64,000 nt of DNA. It comes from Alphaproteobacteria bacterium. GTDB lineage: Bacteria > Pseudomonadota > Alphaproteobacteria > UBA7887. The stretch is taken from assembly GCA_965201115.1 (NCBI GenBank), contig OZ241745.1:258308-322307 (forward strand). Direction: 5' to 3'. Each line of letters starts with the position of its first letter. Position 1 is the stretch's first letter. This document shows, in pieces, positions 18,464 through 28,607 of the stretch. The translations under genes were made by a program, and so were the position numbers. The notes beneath the pieces are model-generated. The model was not told the origin of the DNA. It saw only the letters and a list, made by a program, of their open reading frames with translations, and made no database searches.

Positions 18464-20542
18464 ATGACCGCCATGCAAACCGCCGCCGCCGGCAACGCCC
18501 CGCCGCCGGGCTTCGCGGGCTCGGCCTGCCCGCACGATTGCCCGAGCACCTGCGCGCTCGACGTGGAAAGGCTTGACGCGCGGACCATCGGGCGGGTGCG
18601 CGGCGCGCCGGGCCAAAGCTACACCGCCGGCGCGGTGTGCGCGAAAGTGGCCCGCTACGCCGAGCGCACACACCACCCCGCCCGCCTGCGCCATCCGCTG
18701 CGGCGCACGCCCGGAGGGCATGAGCGCATCTCGTGGGACGACGCGCTCGACGAGGTGGCGGAAGCCTTCCTCAAGGCCGAACGGCGCGACGGCGCGGAAG
18801 CGGTATGGCCCTATTTCTACGCCGGAACGATGGGGCTGCTCCAGCGCGACGGCATCGAGCGGCTCCGCCACGTCAAGAAATACTCGGGCCAGCACAGCAC
18901 CATCTGCAACACGCTGGTGCGCGCGGGCTGGAACGCCGGCGTCGGCGCGCTGCGCGGCCCCGACCCGCGCGAAATGGCGCGCGCCGACCTCATCGTCTCA
19001 TGGGGCGGCAACCCCGCCTCCACGCAGGTCAACGCGATGACGCACATCCAGCGCGCGCGCAAGACGCGCGGCGCCGAACTCGTCGTCGTCGACCCCTACC
19101 GCACGCGCACCGCGCGCGTGGCCGACATGCACCTGGCGGTGCGCCCCGGAACCGACGGCGCGCTCGCCTGCGCCGTCATGCATGTGTTGTTCCGCGACGG
19201 ATACGCCGACCGCGGCTACATGGCGCGCTATACCGACTGCCCCGGGCGGCTCGAGCGCCACCTGCAAACGCGGACGCCCGCATGGGCAGCGGAGATTACC
19301 GGCCTGCCGGCCGCGGAGATCGAGGCGTTCGCCAAACTCTACGGCGAGACCGAACGCACATATATCCGCGTGGGCTACGGGTTTTCGCGCTCGCGCAACG
19401 GCGCGGCGGCGGTTCACGCCGTGAGCTGCCTGCCGGGCGTGACCGGCGCGTGGCGGCGCGAAGGCGCCGGCGCGTTCTTCTCCAACGGCGACATCTACCA
19501 TTGGGACAAGACGCTCATCGAGGGCCTCGACGCGCGCGACCCCGCCGTGCGCGTGCTCGACATGTCGCGCATCGGGCCGATCCTGACCGGCGACCGCGAG
19601 GCGCTCGGCGATGGCCCGCCGATCGCGGCCATGATCGTCCAAAACACCAACCCGGCCGTCGTGGCGCCCGAATCGGCGCTCGTGAACCGCGGCCTGGCGC
19701 GCGGCGACCTGTTCCTGTGCGTCCATGAGCAGTTCATGACCGATACGGCGAGGCACGCCGACATCGTCCTGCCCGCCACCACATTCGTGGAGCACAACGA
19801 CATCTACCAAGGCGGCGGCCACCAGCACATCGCGCTGGGGCCGAAGATTATCGAGCCGGTGGGGGAGGCGCGGGCCAACCATGCCGTCGTCTGCGCGCTG
19901 GCCCGGCGCCTCGGCGCCGAGCACCCCGGCTTCCGCATGAGCGAAGAGGAGATCATCGACGCGACCCTGCGCGCCTCCGGCCACGGAACCCTTGCGGGGT
20001 TGCGCCGCGCGCGCTGGATCGACTGCCAGCCGGGGTTCGACGAATCGCATTTCCTGAACGGGTTTCCGCAGCCGGGCGGCCGCTTCCGCTTCGCGCCCGA
20101 CTGGCGCGGCCTGGGGCCGGATCACGCCGCGATGCCGGCCCTGCCCGACCATCTCGACAACATCGAGAAGGCCGACGCCGAGCGCCCCTTCCGCCTCGTC
20201 GCCGCCCCGGCGCACAACTACCTCAACAGTTCGTTCACCGAGACGCCGACGTCCATCGGGAAAGAGCGGCGCCCGGCGGTGAAACTGCACCCCCGCGACG
20301 CCGGCGCGCTCGGCATCGCCGGCGGCGGCCTCGTGCGCATGGGCAACCGCCGCGGCGAAATCCGCCTGCACGCCGAGATATTCGACGGCCTGCAACCCGG
20401 CGTCGCGGTGGTGGAAAGCGTATGGCCCAACCGCGCCTTCCCCGGCGGCGCCGGCGTCAACACCCTGCTGGGCGCCGACCCCGGCCCCCCCAACGGCGGC
20501 ATGTGCGTCCACGACACCGCCGTGTGGATCCGCCCCGCATAA
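18464..20542 (+). CDS. molybdopterin-dependent oxidoreductase (bis-MGD family, 4Fe-4S N-terminal domain)
   Basis: CPHDCPSTC...C Fe-S motif, then molybdopterin oxidoreductase and C-terminal MopB barrel-like regions. 692 aa; GAGGA Shine-Dalgarno sequence. Confidence 0.8.
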   Translation: MTAMQTAAAGNAPPPGFAGSACPHDCPSTCALDVERLDARTIGRVRGAPGQSYTAGAVCAKVARYAERTHHPARLRHPLRRTPGGHERISWDDALDEVAEAFLKAERRDGAEAVWPYFYAGTMGLLQRDGIERLRHVKKYSGQHSTICNTLVRAGWNAGVGALRGPDPREMARADLIVSWGGNPASTQVNAMTHIQRARKTRGAELVVVDPYRTRTARVADMHLAVRPGTDGALACAVMHVLFRDGYADRGYMARYTDCPGRLERHLQTRTPAWAAEITGLPAAEIEAFAKLYGETERTYIRVGYGFSRSRNGAAAVHAVSCLPGVTGAWRREGAGAFFSNGDIYHWDKTLIEGLDARDPAVRVLDMSRIGPILTGDREALGDGPPIAAMIVQNTNPAVVAPESALVNRGLARGDLFLCVHEQFMTDTARHADIVLPATTFVEHNDIYQGGGHQHIALGPKIIEPVGEARANHAVVCALARRLGAEHPGFRMSEEEIIDATLRASGHGTLAGLRRARWIDCQPGFDESHFLNGFPQPGGRFRFAPDWRGLGPDHAAMPALPDHLDNIEKADAERPFRLVAAPAHNYLNSSFTETPTSIGKERRPAVKLHPRDAGALGIAGGGLVRMGNRRGEIRLHAEIFDGLQPGVAVVESVWPNRAFPGGAGVNTLLGADPGPPNGGMCVHDTAVWIRPA

Positions 20543-20562
20543 CCCGCCGCCGCCAAGCGACG

Positions 20563-20630
20563 CGCAACCCCGCCGAAGGCGGGGCCCGGGACCGCGGGCA
20601 TCCTGCCCGCATGTTCCCGCAAGCCGCGAT
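20563..20630. repeat. REP-like repeat, variant A (gcaaccccgccgaaggcggggcccgggaccgcgggcatcctgcccgcatgttcccgcaag)
   Basis: Identical, apart from 1-2 substitutions, to the units of the tandem arrays at 56.3-56.9 kb and 62.98-63.46 kb. Lies 90 bp from the IS1380-family end. Confidence 0.6.
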
Positions 20631-20717
20631 GATGGCGGGAGAGGCGCGCCCGCGGCGCCCCGCCCGGCGCCGCCCGCCGAACGACCCGACAGCCATTACC
20701 CCCGCCATAACCGACCG

Positions 20718-21846
20718 TTAGCCAGCATTTCTCATACGGGTGGTTGCCGTGCGGTTTGTGCGGCTTTGGTTGGCGTGTGCGTGCGTATTTTCGTGGTTGG
20801 GGGCCTTGGTGGGCGTTTTCGGAGGCGCGTTGGGGCGGTCCGCCGTTTGGCGGCAGGTCGCGTTCCGGGCTGTTCCTGCGTTGTCGAGGGGAAGGGCGAG
20901 AGGGGCCGCGTTACGCCGTGGCGGCGGATAAGCGCTCGCAGGCGATACGGAACTCGCGCTGGAAGGGATGCGCGGCGTTCATGGCGATCTTGACGCGGCG
21001 CACCGCGACGCGGACCCAAGCGCCGATCTTGAGCGGTTTCAGGCGCAGGCTCCCGCATGTGGCGACCGCCGATGCGGCGCAGTGCGCACAGCAACACATA
21101 AGCCATGGACGCGAACCGCAGGCGCAGCCGGTTGGTCCGCATGGCCCGTGTCGACGTGCGGTCGGCGAACAAGTCGAGTTGGCGCTCCTCGATCCGGTTC
21201 TCCATCTCGCCGCGTTGGCAGTAGAGCCGCGCGTAGAGATGCCGGGCGCGGACCCGATGGGTTGCAATCGAGGTGACGACGAAACGCGGGTTGGCCTTGC
21301 CATGGGTCCACTCGGCCTTGGCGGCGACGCGGCGCGCAGCTCCAACTGTCGCGCGTCCTCCGCATGAAATCCTTGAAGCGGCGTTGCGGCTTGCCCGAAC
21401 CCGCGCTGTGCGCTTGCGCCGCCGCCGGTTCGGTCTCGACTTCCGCCACCGGACGGGGGGGGCCGCGCCAAGCCCAACGGGTAATCGACGCCGTTGGCCT
21501 GGCGCCATAAGTCGCATAAAGCGGAAGATAGCAATAGCCGCCGTAGTAGCCGTGGAAAAAACGACCCTCATGGCGACTGTGAAGCCGATCGTCCGTGGCG
21601 TCGAGATCGATAACCAGACGCGCCGGGGCCGCTTGTGCGCCTCCACAAACAGCGTCAGGAACAAATCCTCAATCGCCGCGCCGTCATGCGCGATCCGGCA
21701 ATACCGCGACGACCCCGCGCCCCCCAATTCAAGGCGGTTCAGCGTCGATTTGTCCGCAAGCGGCGCGCAGTCCGAACGACGCGACGCCAACTTCCCTGCC
21801 AAACGGCCATAACCGGATCGTGACGCAACGCATCATGGTCGTTCAG
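20718..21846 (-). mobile_element. IS1380-family insertion sequence, 3' portion only (right end plus transposase residues ~95 to C-terminus; degraded). Interrupted at 21846 by an IS5 element.
   Basis: Terminal sequence gttagccAgcatttctcatacgggt matches the left end of the intact copy at 63461. The transposase ORF 20732..21802 (MAGKLASRRSDCAPLADKSTLNRLELGGAG...YARLYCQRGEMENRIEERQLDLFADRTS) aligns to the second copy from about residue 95. The C-terminal third is out of frame. Confidence 0.6.
20732..21846 (-). pseudogene. IS1380-family DDE transposase, 5'-truncated by the IS5 insertion and frameshifted near the 3' end
   Basis: Reverse-complement identity with copy 2 (63800-63860) ends abruptly at 21846. 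The downstream translation degenerates into low-complexity R/P-rich sequence. Confidence 0.55.
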
Positions 21847-22522
21847 TGTTTGTATCATAATTCGGTCACTGTGATTTGGCTTTGGCCAGTCGCCTGACGA
21901 GGAGCTGGACGCTGGCGAGGAAGAGCCATGCGCGGGCGCTTTCGATGGCGGTTTCGAAGTCCCTGGCGAGGCGGCGGTTGCGATCGAGCCACGCCAGCGT
22001 GCGCTCGACTACCCAGCGTCTGCGCGGCAGTTCGAAGCCCGACGCGGCGTCGGAGCGCTTGACGATCCCGATTGTCCATTGCCCGCGACTGCGCGGTGCG
22101 GTTTCGAGTTTGGGGCCGGCATAGGCGCCGTCGGCGAAGACATGCCGCAGTTCCGGCCAGGTTGCCTGCGCCGACACCGGCAGGTCGGGCGCGCCATCGC
22201 GGTCCTGTCCATCTGCGGTCCGAACGCGCGCGGCGAGCGGAAAACCCGCGGTATCGGCGACAATATGGCGTTTGCGGCCCTTCACCCGCTTGCCCGCGTC
22301 GTAGCCGCGCGGCCCGCCGCTTTCCGTGGTCTTTACCGAGCGGCATGTCCGACTCGACAAGCCGCCACTCGTCATCGATGAGGTCGCTTGCATACCGCAG
22401 GTGCTTGCGCTCATACTGCGCGCGAGCGATTTCGGTCCACATGCTGTGCCTCGCTGGCTTGCTTCATCGCAACCGGCATACACAACATACTGAAATCACT
22501 CAACTCCATTTCGGTACAGACT
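21847..22522 (-). mobile_element. IS5-family (IS427 group) element with an internal ~230-bp deletion (non-autonomous remnant)
   Basis: OrfA N-terminus MWTEIARAQYERKHLRYASDLIDDEWRLVESDMPLGK runs directly, with a frame jump, into SVKTTESGGPRGYDAGKRVKGRKRHIVADT...ADGAYAGPKL...RRWVVERTLAWL...RLARDFE (OrfB DDE region). The ~75 aa normally between them (TTDLREV...QSVK) is missing. The right terminus atttcggtacagactctgag is at about 22502-22521. Confidence 0.6.
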
Positions 22523-22543
22523 CTGAGAGGCGCGTCGCCCGCA

Positions 22544-24754
22544 TTAATCGCCCGCGGCCAGAGCGCGCCGGGCGGCGGACGCCCTGGAATCGTCCGGTCG
22601 CAGTTCCCAAATCCTGCGGCTTGCCGCCCATTTCATGAATGCGGGAACGTCGAACAGCGCGGCGCAGACGCGTTTGCGGCAGCGTTCGGGAAGCAACGCC
22701 TGGTAGCGTCCGGGCGCGACCGAAGCCTCGATGGATTCATAAAGCGACTTTACCGATTCCCGCAACACGGGCGCGCTGGAGACGGCCCGGCGCAATTCGC
22801 CCTCGCCGGGCCCGCCGCTCATGGCGATGCCGCCGAGCCCGGCCAATGGCCGCGGCGACGGCAGCAGGCTATCGAGAACGGTCTCGTAGGCGCTGCCGCC
22901 GAAATGCAGCCATAGCGGCTCGCCGTCGATAGACAGGATCGGCGCATCGTTGTCGCCGAAACCGAGTCCCCGGCGCACATGCGCCGCATATGCGCGCCCT
23001 GTAGGCGCACCGCGGGCCGTATAGCGGAACCCGCCGCGCAACCGGCCCGACTGTCGCGCCGTCAACAGGATTTCGCCTCGCATTATGCGCGCATCCCACA
23101 CGCGGCCGCCCAGGGCGACCCCCTTCTCGATGCCGGAGGGGGCGGCGACGCGGGCAACGATTTCGCCGGTTCCCGAGTCGACAACGGGTATTCCGGCTGC
23201 CGCCGAATCGAAGTTGTCGTGCATTCCGCGTGCGCCGTCGTCGAAAATATCGGCCCATTGTTCCCCGAGGACCAACCGACCCGGTTTACCCGGTTCGAGA
23301 TAGCCCGATTCGATCAACGCATCCAGAATCTCATCCGCCGTTCGATTCTCCGATTCCGGCCATACATCGTCGGCAAGAGCCAACAAGTCGGACCGGCGCC
23401 TGCCGCGCAAGCCGTTTTGAGCGACGAAACTCGCGGCTTGTTGAACGAAAACCGACCAGCGCCGGGCGTAGCCTTGCTGTTCGAGCAGGCCGTCCCTTGC
23501 CGACAACAGCATGGATGCGAAGGCCGCGACGTCCATTCCGTTGCGCGGCAGCGCGAGGACACGGGTGCGCCCGATGCGGCGGCCGGCGCGGCCGATGCGT
23601 TGGAGCAACGCCCGCGTTCCCGACGGAGCGCCGATCAGGGCGACGAAATCGACGTCTCCGATATCGACGCCGACTTCAAGCGTGGTCGTGGCCACCATGA
23701 CCGCGTCGCGGGACGACGAAAACGTGCGCTCCGCTTCTTCGCGCAAGTCGCGCTCGAGGCTGCCGTGATGCGCAAGCACCGTGACGTCTCGCCGGCGCCG
23801 CAGCCTGCCGCTCAAATATGCCGAAAGCGTGTCGCACAGTTCGCGACTGTGGACGAACACGAGAGCCTTGCGCATGGGCTTCGCTTCGTCCGCCGACATC
23901 GCCTGCCATAGCCGCCGCGCAACGGTCTCGTGCGCATTCGCGTCCCTGGCGACTTCGAGGCGCCGCGCCATCGTCGATACGGTATCGGCGGGCTCGACGA
24001 GCATCCATGCAGCGTTATCGGACGGGCCGAAAACGTCGATCTCCCGTGTGCCCGGAACGGGCGCCGCGACAGCGCCGGCGCCAAGCAGCCGTTCCGCCAG
24101 AGCGTCGGGCTCGCCGACCGTGGCGCTTCCGGCGCACATGCGAAGCTCCCCGCGCGCGCGTCGATCGGGCGGAGCTGTCAGGGCGCGAAGCCTCCGTAAC
24201 CGGCCCAACAACCAGACAAGCTGATCCCCGCGCGCGGTTCCGTCGAACAGATGGGCCTCGTCGATGAATACCGCTCGCACTTCGGCCAGGAGATGATCGA
24301 CGGTCTTGCCTTGTTCGACGACCGTGTCGCGTACCAACATCGAATCGAAGGACTCGGGTGTCGTGATTAGCACGAACGGTTGTTTATGCTTGTCGCGCCG
24401 GTCGCCGGTCTGCCGACCGCACGTCAACCCCATGCGTTCCAGAGGCGTTTCCAATCGAGCCGCGAGATCGTTGACCAATGATCGGGTCGGGGCAACGACA
24501 AGCAACCGAATTCTGCGGGCCGGATCGCCGCCGGCCTCGCGAAGCCGCGCGAGCAGGGGCGCCACAACAGCTTCGGTCTTCCCGGACGCGGTAGCGGACA
24601 CAACGAGCGCATTCTTGCCGGCGAGAATCGGCGCGATAGCGCGCCGCTGAATCTCCGTCAGCCGCCGAAAACTGCCGAAGAAAGCCGGGCCGGCGGAGCC
24701 CAGCCGCTTAACGATGTCAGCGTCGGAAACCATTGAGGCGCACTTTCGTCGCAC
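22544..24754 (-). CDS. Lhr-like DEAH-box superfamily-2 helicase (BrxHI-like); last gene of a five-gene operon
   Basis: 736 aa. Motif I ATASGKTEA, Ia VVAPTRSL, II FIDEAHLF, III, and VI QRIGRAGR. The Lhr-core-like C-terminal extension suggests BrxHI. The start sits 2 nt from the stop of the upstream ATPase gene. Confidence 0.75.
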   Translation of the reverse strand: MRRKCASMVSDADIVKRLGSAGPAFFGSFRRLTEIQRRAIAPILAGKNALVVSATASGKTEAVVAPLLARLREAGGDPARRIRLLVVAPTRSLVNDLAARLETPLERMGLTCGRQTGDRRDKHKQPFVLITTPESFDSMLVRDTVVEQGKTVDHLLAEVRAVFIDEAHLFDGTARGDQLVWLLGRLRRLRALTAPPDRRARGELRMCAGSATVGEPDALAERLLGAGAVAAPVPGTREIDVFGPSDNAAWMLVEPADTVSTMARRLEVARDANAHETVARRLWQAMSADEAKPMRKALVFVHSRELCDTLSAYLSGRLRRRRDVTVLAHHGSLERDLREEAERTFSSSRDAVMVATTTLEVGVDIGDVDFVALIGAPSGTRALLQRIGRAGRRIGRTRVLALPRNGMDVAAFASMLLSARDGLLEQQGYARRWSVFVQQAASFVAQNGLRGRRRSDLLALADDVWPESENRTADEILDALIESGYLEPGKPGRLVLGEQWADIFDDGARGMHDNFDSAAAGIPVVDSGTGEIVARVAAPSGIEKGVALGGRVWDARIMRGEILLTARQSGRLRGGFRYTARGAPTGRAYAAHVRRGLGFGDNDAPILSIDGEPLWLHFGGSAYETVLDSLLPSPRPLAGLGGIAMSGGPGEGELRRAVSSAPVLRESVKSLYESIEASVAPGRYQALLPERCRKRVCAALFDVPAFMKWAASRRIWELRPDDSRASAARRALAAGD

Positions 24755-24755
24755 G

Positions 24756-26153
24756 TCAGGCGTCGGCGCCTTGGGCCGCGATGTCGGGCGCGATATCCAA
24801 CAGCTCCACAGCCTCGCGAACGACGGTTCGCGGTACCGGGCGCTCGATATCGGTCAAGCGGCGCGCGTCGTGGCGTTCGGCGAGGGAATCGAGCTGGCTC
24901 TCGAGCCACTTGCGATCTACCGCCGCGGTGCGCTCCGGGTACGCCTGCCGGTACAAGTCGAAGACGCGTCGTAGCACATCCCGGATCTGCCGAAGGTCGG
25001 GTTCGACCGCCGAAAAGGCGTGCAAGTGCGAATCCTCAAAGCGCCGTTGCACGTCCCGCACGGCGTCCTCCCCGGTCGCCGTTTCGGCGCCCCCGGGCGC
25101 GCCGCCGAACGCAATTACGAGCGGCAGCGGATACCCGGAAACGACAAGGCGGGCCAACGCGGAAAGTAAATCGGCCCGGCGGTTTCGACGACCGGCGATC
25201 GCGGCGGCCCAGCCGGCGGTGCTTGCATATTCGACGTCGAGCTCATCGAGGATGACAAGCAGTCCCTTGGCGCCGACGCGCAACGCGCAAGCGGTCCACG
25301 CCTGAAGCAAATCGCAAAATCTGTCGGTGCGTTCGTGTACCCGGTGCGCCCTGATAGACGGAAGGCGGCCGTGGTACCGATACTTCAGCTGCCTGAACTT
25401 GTCTTGCGCCTGACTTGCGGACAGATCGAGCGTGAAATAATCTTCAAGAACCTGCAACGCCTCGGCGTCAGCCAGTACGCTTCCCGGGATCGTGCGAATT
25501 GCGGACGCAAGCATCTTCTCGCCCCGCGATGTCGGACGCCAGTTCCCGCTGTTCGCGCGTAACGACGGAAGCCACTCGCGCAATCCGCGCGGCGCCGCTT
25601 CGCCCGGCTTTCCGAGGGAACCGAGAAGCCTGCTCATGAGCGCCATGGGATCCGACAGCCGAACGCCCCCGCCGTCGAGAATCAGGGAGCTCGACGCCAT
25701 GCCCTTGCCGGATGCGATTGCGCGAAGCAGGGTCAACAGATGCGTTTTCCCGCTGCCCCATTCGCCTTCGACGAGTACCGCGCCGGCATCGCCGCCGACG
25801 GCGCGCGACACGATGCGCGCCATATCCGCCTCGATTCGCTCCGTTCCCGCGCTGAGCCGGCGAACATGCGCTTCAAGCGGTTGGCCGAGCCTCAACGCCA
25901 GCACGCCCTGGCGCGCTTCGATCTCGCTTTGCGACATGCTGGGCGGCGAGTCGCGTCCGCGCCCGGCGGCGTCGGCGCCTTGTACATCCGGCGCCGGCTC
26001 GGCGTTCGTATCCAGCCCGAGCTCGCGCGCCGGCACCCAATCCTTCATGTAGCCGAAATCGACGCAAGCGCGGGTTTGGGCGCCGCGATTCTCGACCGAA
26101 ACGATTTTACCTGTGCCGAGCGATGGATGCCAAACATCGTCTCCGGCTCTCAT
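24756..26153 (-). CDS. P-loop ATPase paralog 1 (DUF2791/BrxD-like) with an N-terminal UvrD-C-terminal/Tudor-like domain
   Basis: Start taken at MRAGDD, whose ATG overlaps the upstream gene's TGA (ATGA coupling). GDDVWHPSLGTGKIVSVENRG...VDFGYMKDW fits the GxxVxHxxFGxGxV Tudor-like pattern. Walker A GEWGSGKTHLL; Walker B LLVILDELD. Confidence 0.65.
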   Translation of the reverse strand: MRAGDDVWHPSLGTGKIVSVENRGAQTRACVDFGYMKDWVPARELGLDTNAEPAPDVQGADAAGRGRDSPPSMSQSEIEARQGVLALRLGQPLEAHVRRLSAGTERIEADMARIVSRAVGGDAGAVLVEGEWGSGKTHLLTLLRAIASGKGMASSSLILDGGGVRLSDPMALMSRLLGSLGKPGEAAPRGLREWLPSLRANSGNWRPTSRGEKMLASAIRTIPGSVLADAEALQVLEDYFTLDLSASQAQDKFRQLKYRYHGRLPSIRAHRVHERTDRFCDLLQAWTACALRVGAKGLLVILDELDVEYASTAGWAAAIAGRRNRRADLLSALARLVVSGYPLPLVIAFGGAPGGAETATGEDAVRDVQRRFEDSHLHAFSAVEPDLRQIRDVLRRVFDLYRQAYPERTAAVDRKWLESQLDSLAERHDARRLTDIERPVPRTVVREAVELLDIAPDIAAQGADA

Positions 26154-27457
26154 GGCTCGACGCCCTCGTTCTCGGCGCGCTGGAGTTCGCCGAACGAGCC
26201 CGCGTAACGCTCGGACAGCTCGTTGTCGGTAAATCGTTTCTCGCCATTGTTCTTTTGATACTCCAGCAACCCGGCCCAGCATTTGACATAAAGACGACGG
26301 GCATCTACGTCGAGGTTACGCTGCGAGGCTACGGCGGCAAGAGCGGTTGCGTTGGCCGACTGCATTCCGGCGTCGAATTCGTGTCCTGTAGCGTCCCGAC
26401 CGACGTCGATCAACTTGTGCCCGATATCGACAAGCAGCGTGCGCCGATCCTGGATATGCGCCAAATGCAACTGTGGCGCATAATCGTTATTCTCGTGGAA
26501 CGCCGAGCCCGACACCGCAAGTCGCATTTGCAACGCCGGGTAGCGAGGAAGTTCGTCCAGAATTTCGGAGGTCGCGGCGAAGATGCCGAATAACGGGATA
26601 CCGCCCTCGATTCCCGGCGCGTCGATCAGTACCCTCATTGCCGCCAAAACGCGCTGCAAAGCCCTGCCTCTGACATTGGTGAGGGTTTCGACTTCGTCCA
26701 GCAACAACGCCAGCCCATGAACGCCCGCCTGCGGCGCGAATCGATTCAGGGACCATAACATGTCTCTGCCGAAACGCTTTCTGTCGCCCGCTGTTATTCC
26801 GGCAAGCTTGAGCTCCGAACGCTCCTGTCTGTCGAGTGTGTCGATCTCGCCATCCAGCCATCGTATCGCGGCCTCGCCTCCGGGCGAATCCTCGTCGTCC
26901 TTCGCTTCCCGCAGCGCCGCGGCCATGACGCGACCGAATGTGCGCTCCGGATACGTTGTCTTTCCGACACTTGCGATCCACCTGTCGAGCGCGACCTCCG
27001 GGTCAGGAACGCCGCGTTCGGAAATTTCCTGTCGCTTCGTATGCAGAACCCGATGGAGCAGCCCGCGCAGCCCCGGATTCGAATATCCGGGCAGGGACAA
27101 TTGTTGGACCGTCTTGCCGTAGAGAGCGAAGGGATCGTCAACGCTGACCCCCGGCGCGCAGGCGACGTACGACACCGCAAAATTTTCGCGCAGCGCGCGT
27201 GCGCCGAGCGCCAGAAGAAAATGGGTCTTTCCGCCGCCGTAGGGCGCCAGGACGAGCTTGAAGTGCGCCGCCGAACGGCACAAATCGCGCAGATAGCGCT
27301 CAGTCAAGCGGTCCAGCCAGCCGTCGATGCCGACGGAATAGCGGGGAAGGGTATTCGAGGCGTCGGCGATGCCGCCGGGCGGCTTGCCGTTGGCCGCCAG
27401 GGTAGCCCATAGCTGGCGGGCTTGCGCCGCAGCCGTCTCGCGCTGTCCGTCAGGCAT
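26150..27457 (-). CDS. P-loop ATPase paralog 2 (DUF2791/BrxD-like)
   Basis: Walker A APYGGGKTHFL, Walker B LLLDEVE, 435 aa. The N-terminal WATLAANGKPP...SVGIDGWLDRL block is shared with paralog 3. 8-nt overlap with the upstream gene. Confidence 0.65.
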   Translation of the reverse strand: MPDGQRETAAAQARQLWATLAANGKPPGGIADASNTLPRYSVGIDGWLDRLTERYLRDLCRSAAHFKLVLAPYGGGKTHFLLALGARALRENFAVSYVACAPGVSVDDPFALYGKTVQQLSLPGYSNPGLRGLLHRVLHTKRQEISERGVPDPEVALDRWIASVGKTTYPERTFGRVMAAALREAKDDEDSPGGEAAIRWLDGEIDTLDRQERSELKLAGITAGDRKRFGRDMLWSLNRFAPQAGVHGLALLLDEVETLTNVRGRALQRVLAAMRVLIDAPGIEGGIPLFGIFAATSEILDELPRYPALQMRLAVSGSAFHENNDYAPQLHLAHIQDRRTLLVDIGHKLIDVGRDATGHEFDAGMQSANATALAAVASQRNLDVDARRLYVKCWAGLLEYQKNNGEKRFTDNELSERYAGSFGELQRAENEGVEP

Positions 27458-28607
27458 GGTTCGCGATCCTTTCCAACGCGCCGCCGGCCGCCATTTTGAT
27501 ATAGTCGCGTACCCGGCCTTGATGTATGTCTGTTGCGTACTCGTTTGCGCGCGCGTCCAGGCGCTCCAGCAAGCCTGCCCGCGCGTCGGAAGGCATGCCG
27601 GCCTCGGCGCCGATGTCCGCGATGCGGGCGGCGATTTCGCGGTAGAACAGGGGGTCGTCGGGCCCGGGATCGGTCAGCTCGTCCAACGCTACCCAGATCG
27701 CGCGCGGATTCGGAGGGGGCGGCGGCGTCGCTCGTTCGATACGCTGCCTCAAAGCGCCGAGATAGCCGCCGGTGGTTTCGATGAAGTCTTCCGCCGCCGC
27801 ATAGTAGACGACGCAACCGCCGATAGCGCCGACCGCCATGTAATCGACGAAAGTTCGGAGATGTGCCAGGCGGCGCAGTATTCGTGTGCGCCCGCCCCTG
27901 TTCAGCGCCGTCTCGGTTTCGTCGAACAGCACGACGAGGCCGGAATAGCCGAGCGCGCGCGGTAGCGACAACAGGGATCGCAACCAGGCGCCCGCGTTCT
28001 TCTGCATAAGCTTGCCGAGGGGCCGCGGCAACCAACGGTGTTGCCGGCACAGGCGCCCCGGCGCCGCGTTATGCCCGCGGGCCGCCTCCAACAGCGCCGC
28101 GAGCGAGTCGCACAGCTCGTCTTCGTCCGTCAGGGCGGCGGCCGCATACGACCGCGCCAGATTGCGGTAGTCGGGCGCCAGCGTCTTGTCGGCGCAAAGG
28201 CGCTCGCTCGCCGGGGCGTTTGCGATAACGCGAACCACGCCGGCGTCGCCGACGGACGTCGGTTTCCCCGGAGGTTTCATACGATGCGCGATCGAGCGAT
28301 AAGTCTCGTCCAGAGTGTCGAACGGGCTTCTGTCCAGGCAATCGACGTATGCAGTAACGAAGCCGTATTCGCACGCGCGGTGTTCCACGGCGCGGAGGAA
28401 ATGCGTTTTCCCGCGTCCGTACGGCGCATGGATAAACTGCATCTCGCCCCCGCCGGCGGCAGCGAAGGGAAGGGTCTCTTCGGCGATACGCCGGAGCGCG
28501 CCATCGATGCCGGCAGACAGGCGGATCGTTGTTTCGCCGTCTGCCGGAGCGACGCCGTTCGCCGCCAAGGCGGCCAGGATATGCCTCGGGTTCATGGCGC
28601 GGCTCAT
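27450..28607 (-). CDS. P-loop ATPase paralog 3 (DUF2791/BrxD-like)
   Basis: Start taken at MSRAMNPRHIL (ATGA overlap with the upstream stop). Walker A APYGRGKTHFL, Walker B VVLFDETE, about 385 aa. Confidence 0.6.
   Translation of the reverse strand: MSRAMNPRHILAALAANGVAPADGETTIRLSAGIDGALRRIAEETLPFAAAGGGEMQFIHAPYGRGKTHFLRAVEHRACEYGFVTAYVDCLDRSPFDTLDETYRSIAHRMKPPGKPTSVGDAGVVRVIANAPASERLCADKTLAPDYRNLARSYAAAALTDEDELCDSLAALLEAARGHNAAPGRLCRQHRWLPRPLGKLMQKNAGAWLRSLLSLPRALGYSGLVVLFDETETALNRGGRTRILRRLAHLRTFVDYMAVGAIGGCVVYYAAAEDFIETTGGYLGALRQRIERATPPPPPNPRAIWVALDELTDPGPDDPLFYREIAARIADIGAEAGMPSDARAGLLERLDARANEYATDIHQGRVRDYIKMAAGGALERIANHA

Noticed and set aside
21855-22483. Programmed -1 ribosomal frameshift producing an OrfAB transposase in the IS5-family element
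   Set aside because: The OrfA N-terminal 43 residues abut the OrfB region with ~75 residues (~230 bp) missing relative to IS427-group transposases. An internal deletion explains the frame change, so this is not an expressed frameshift.
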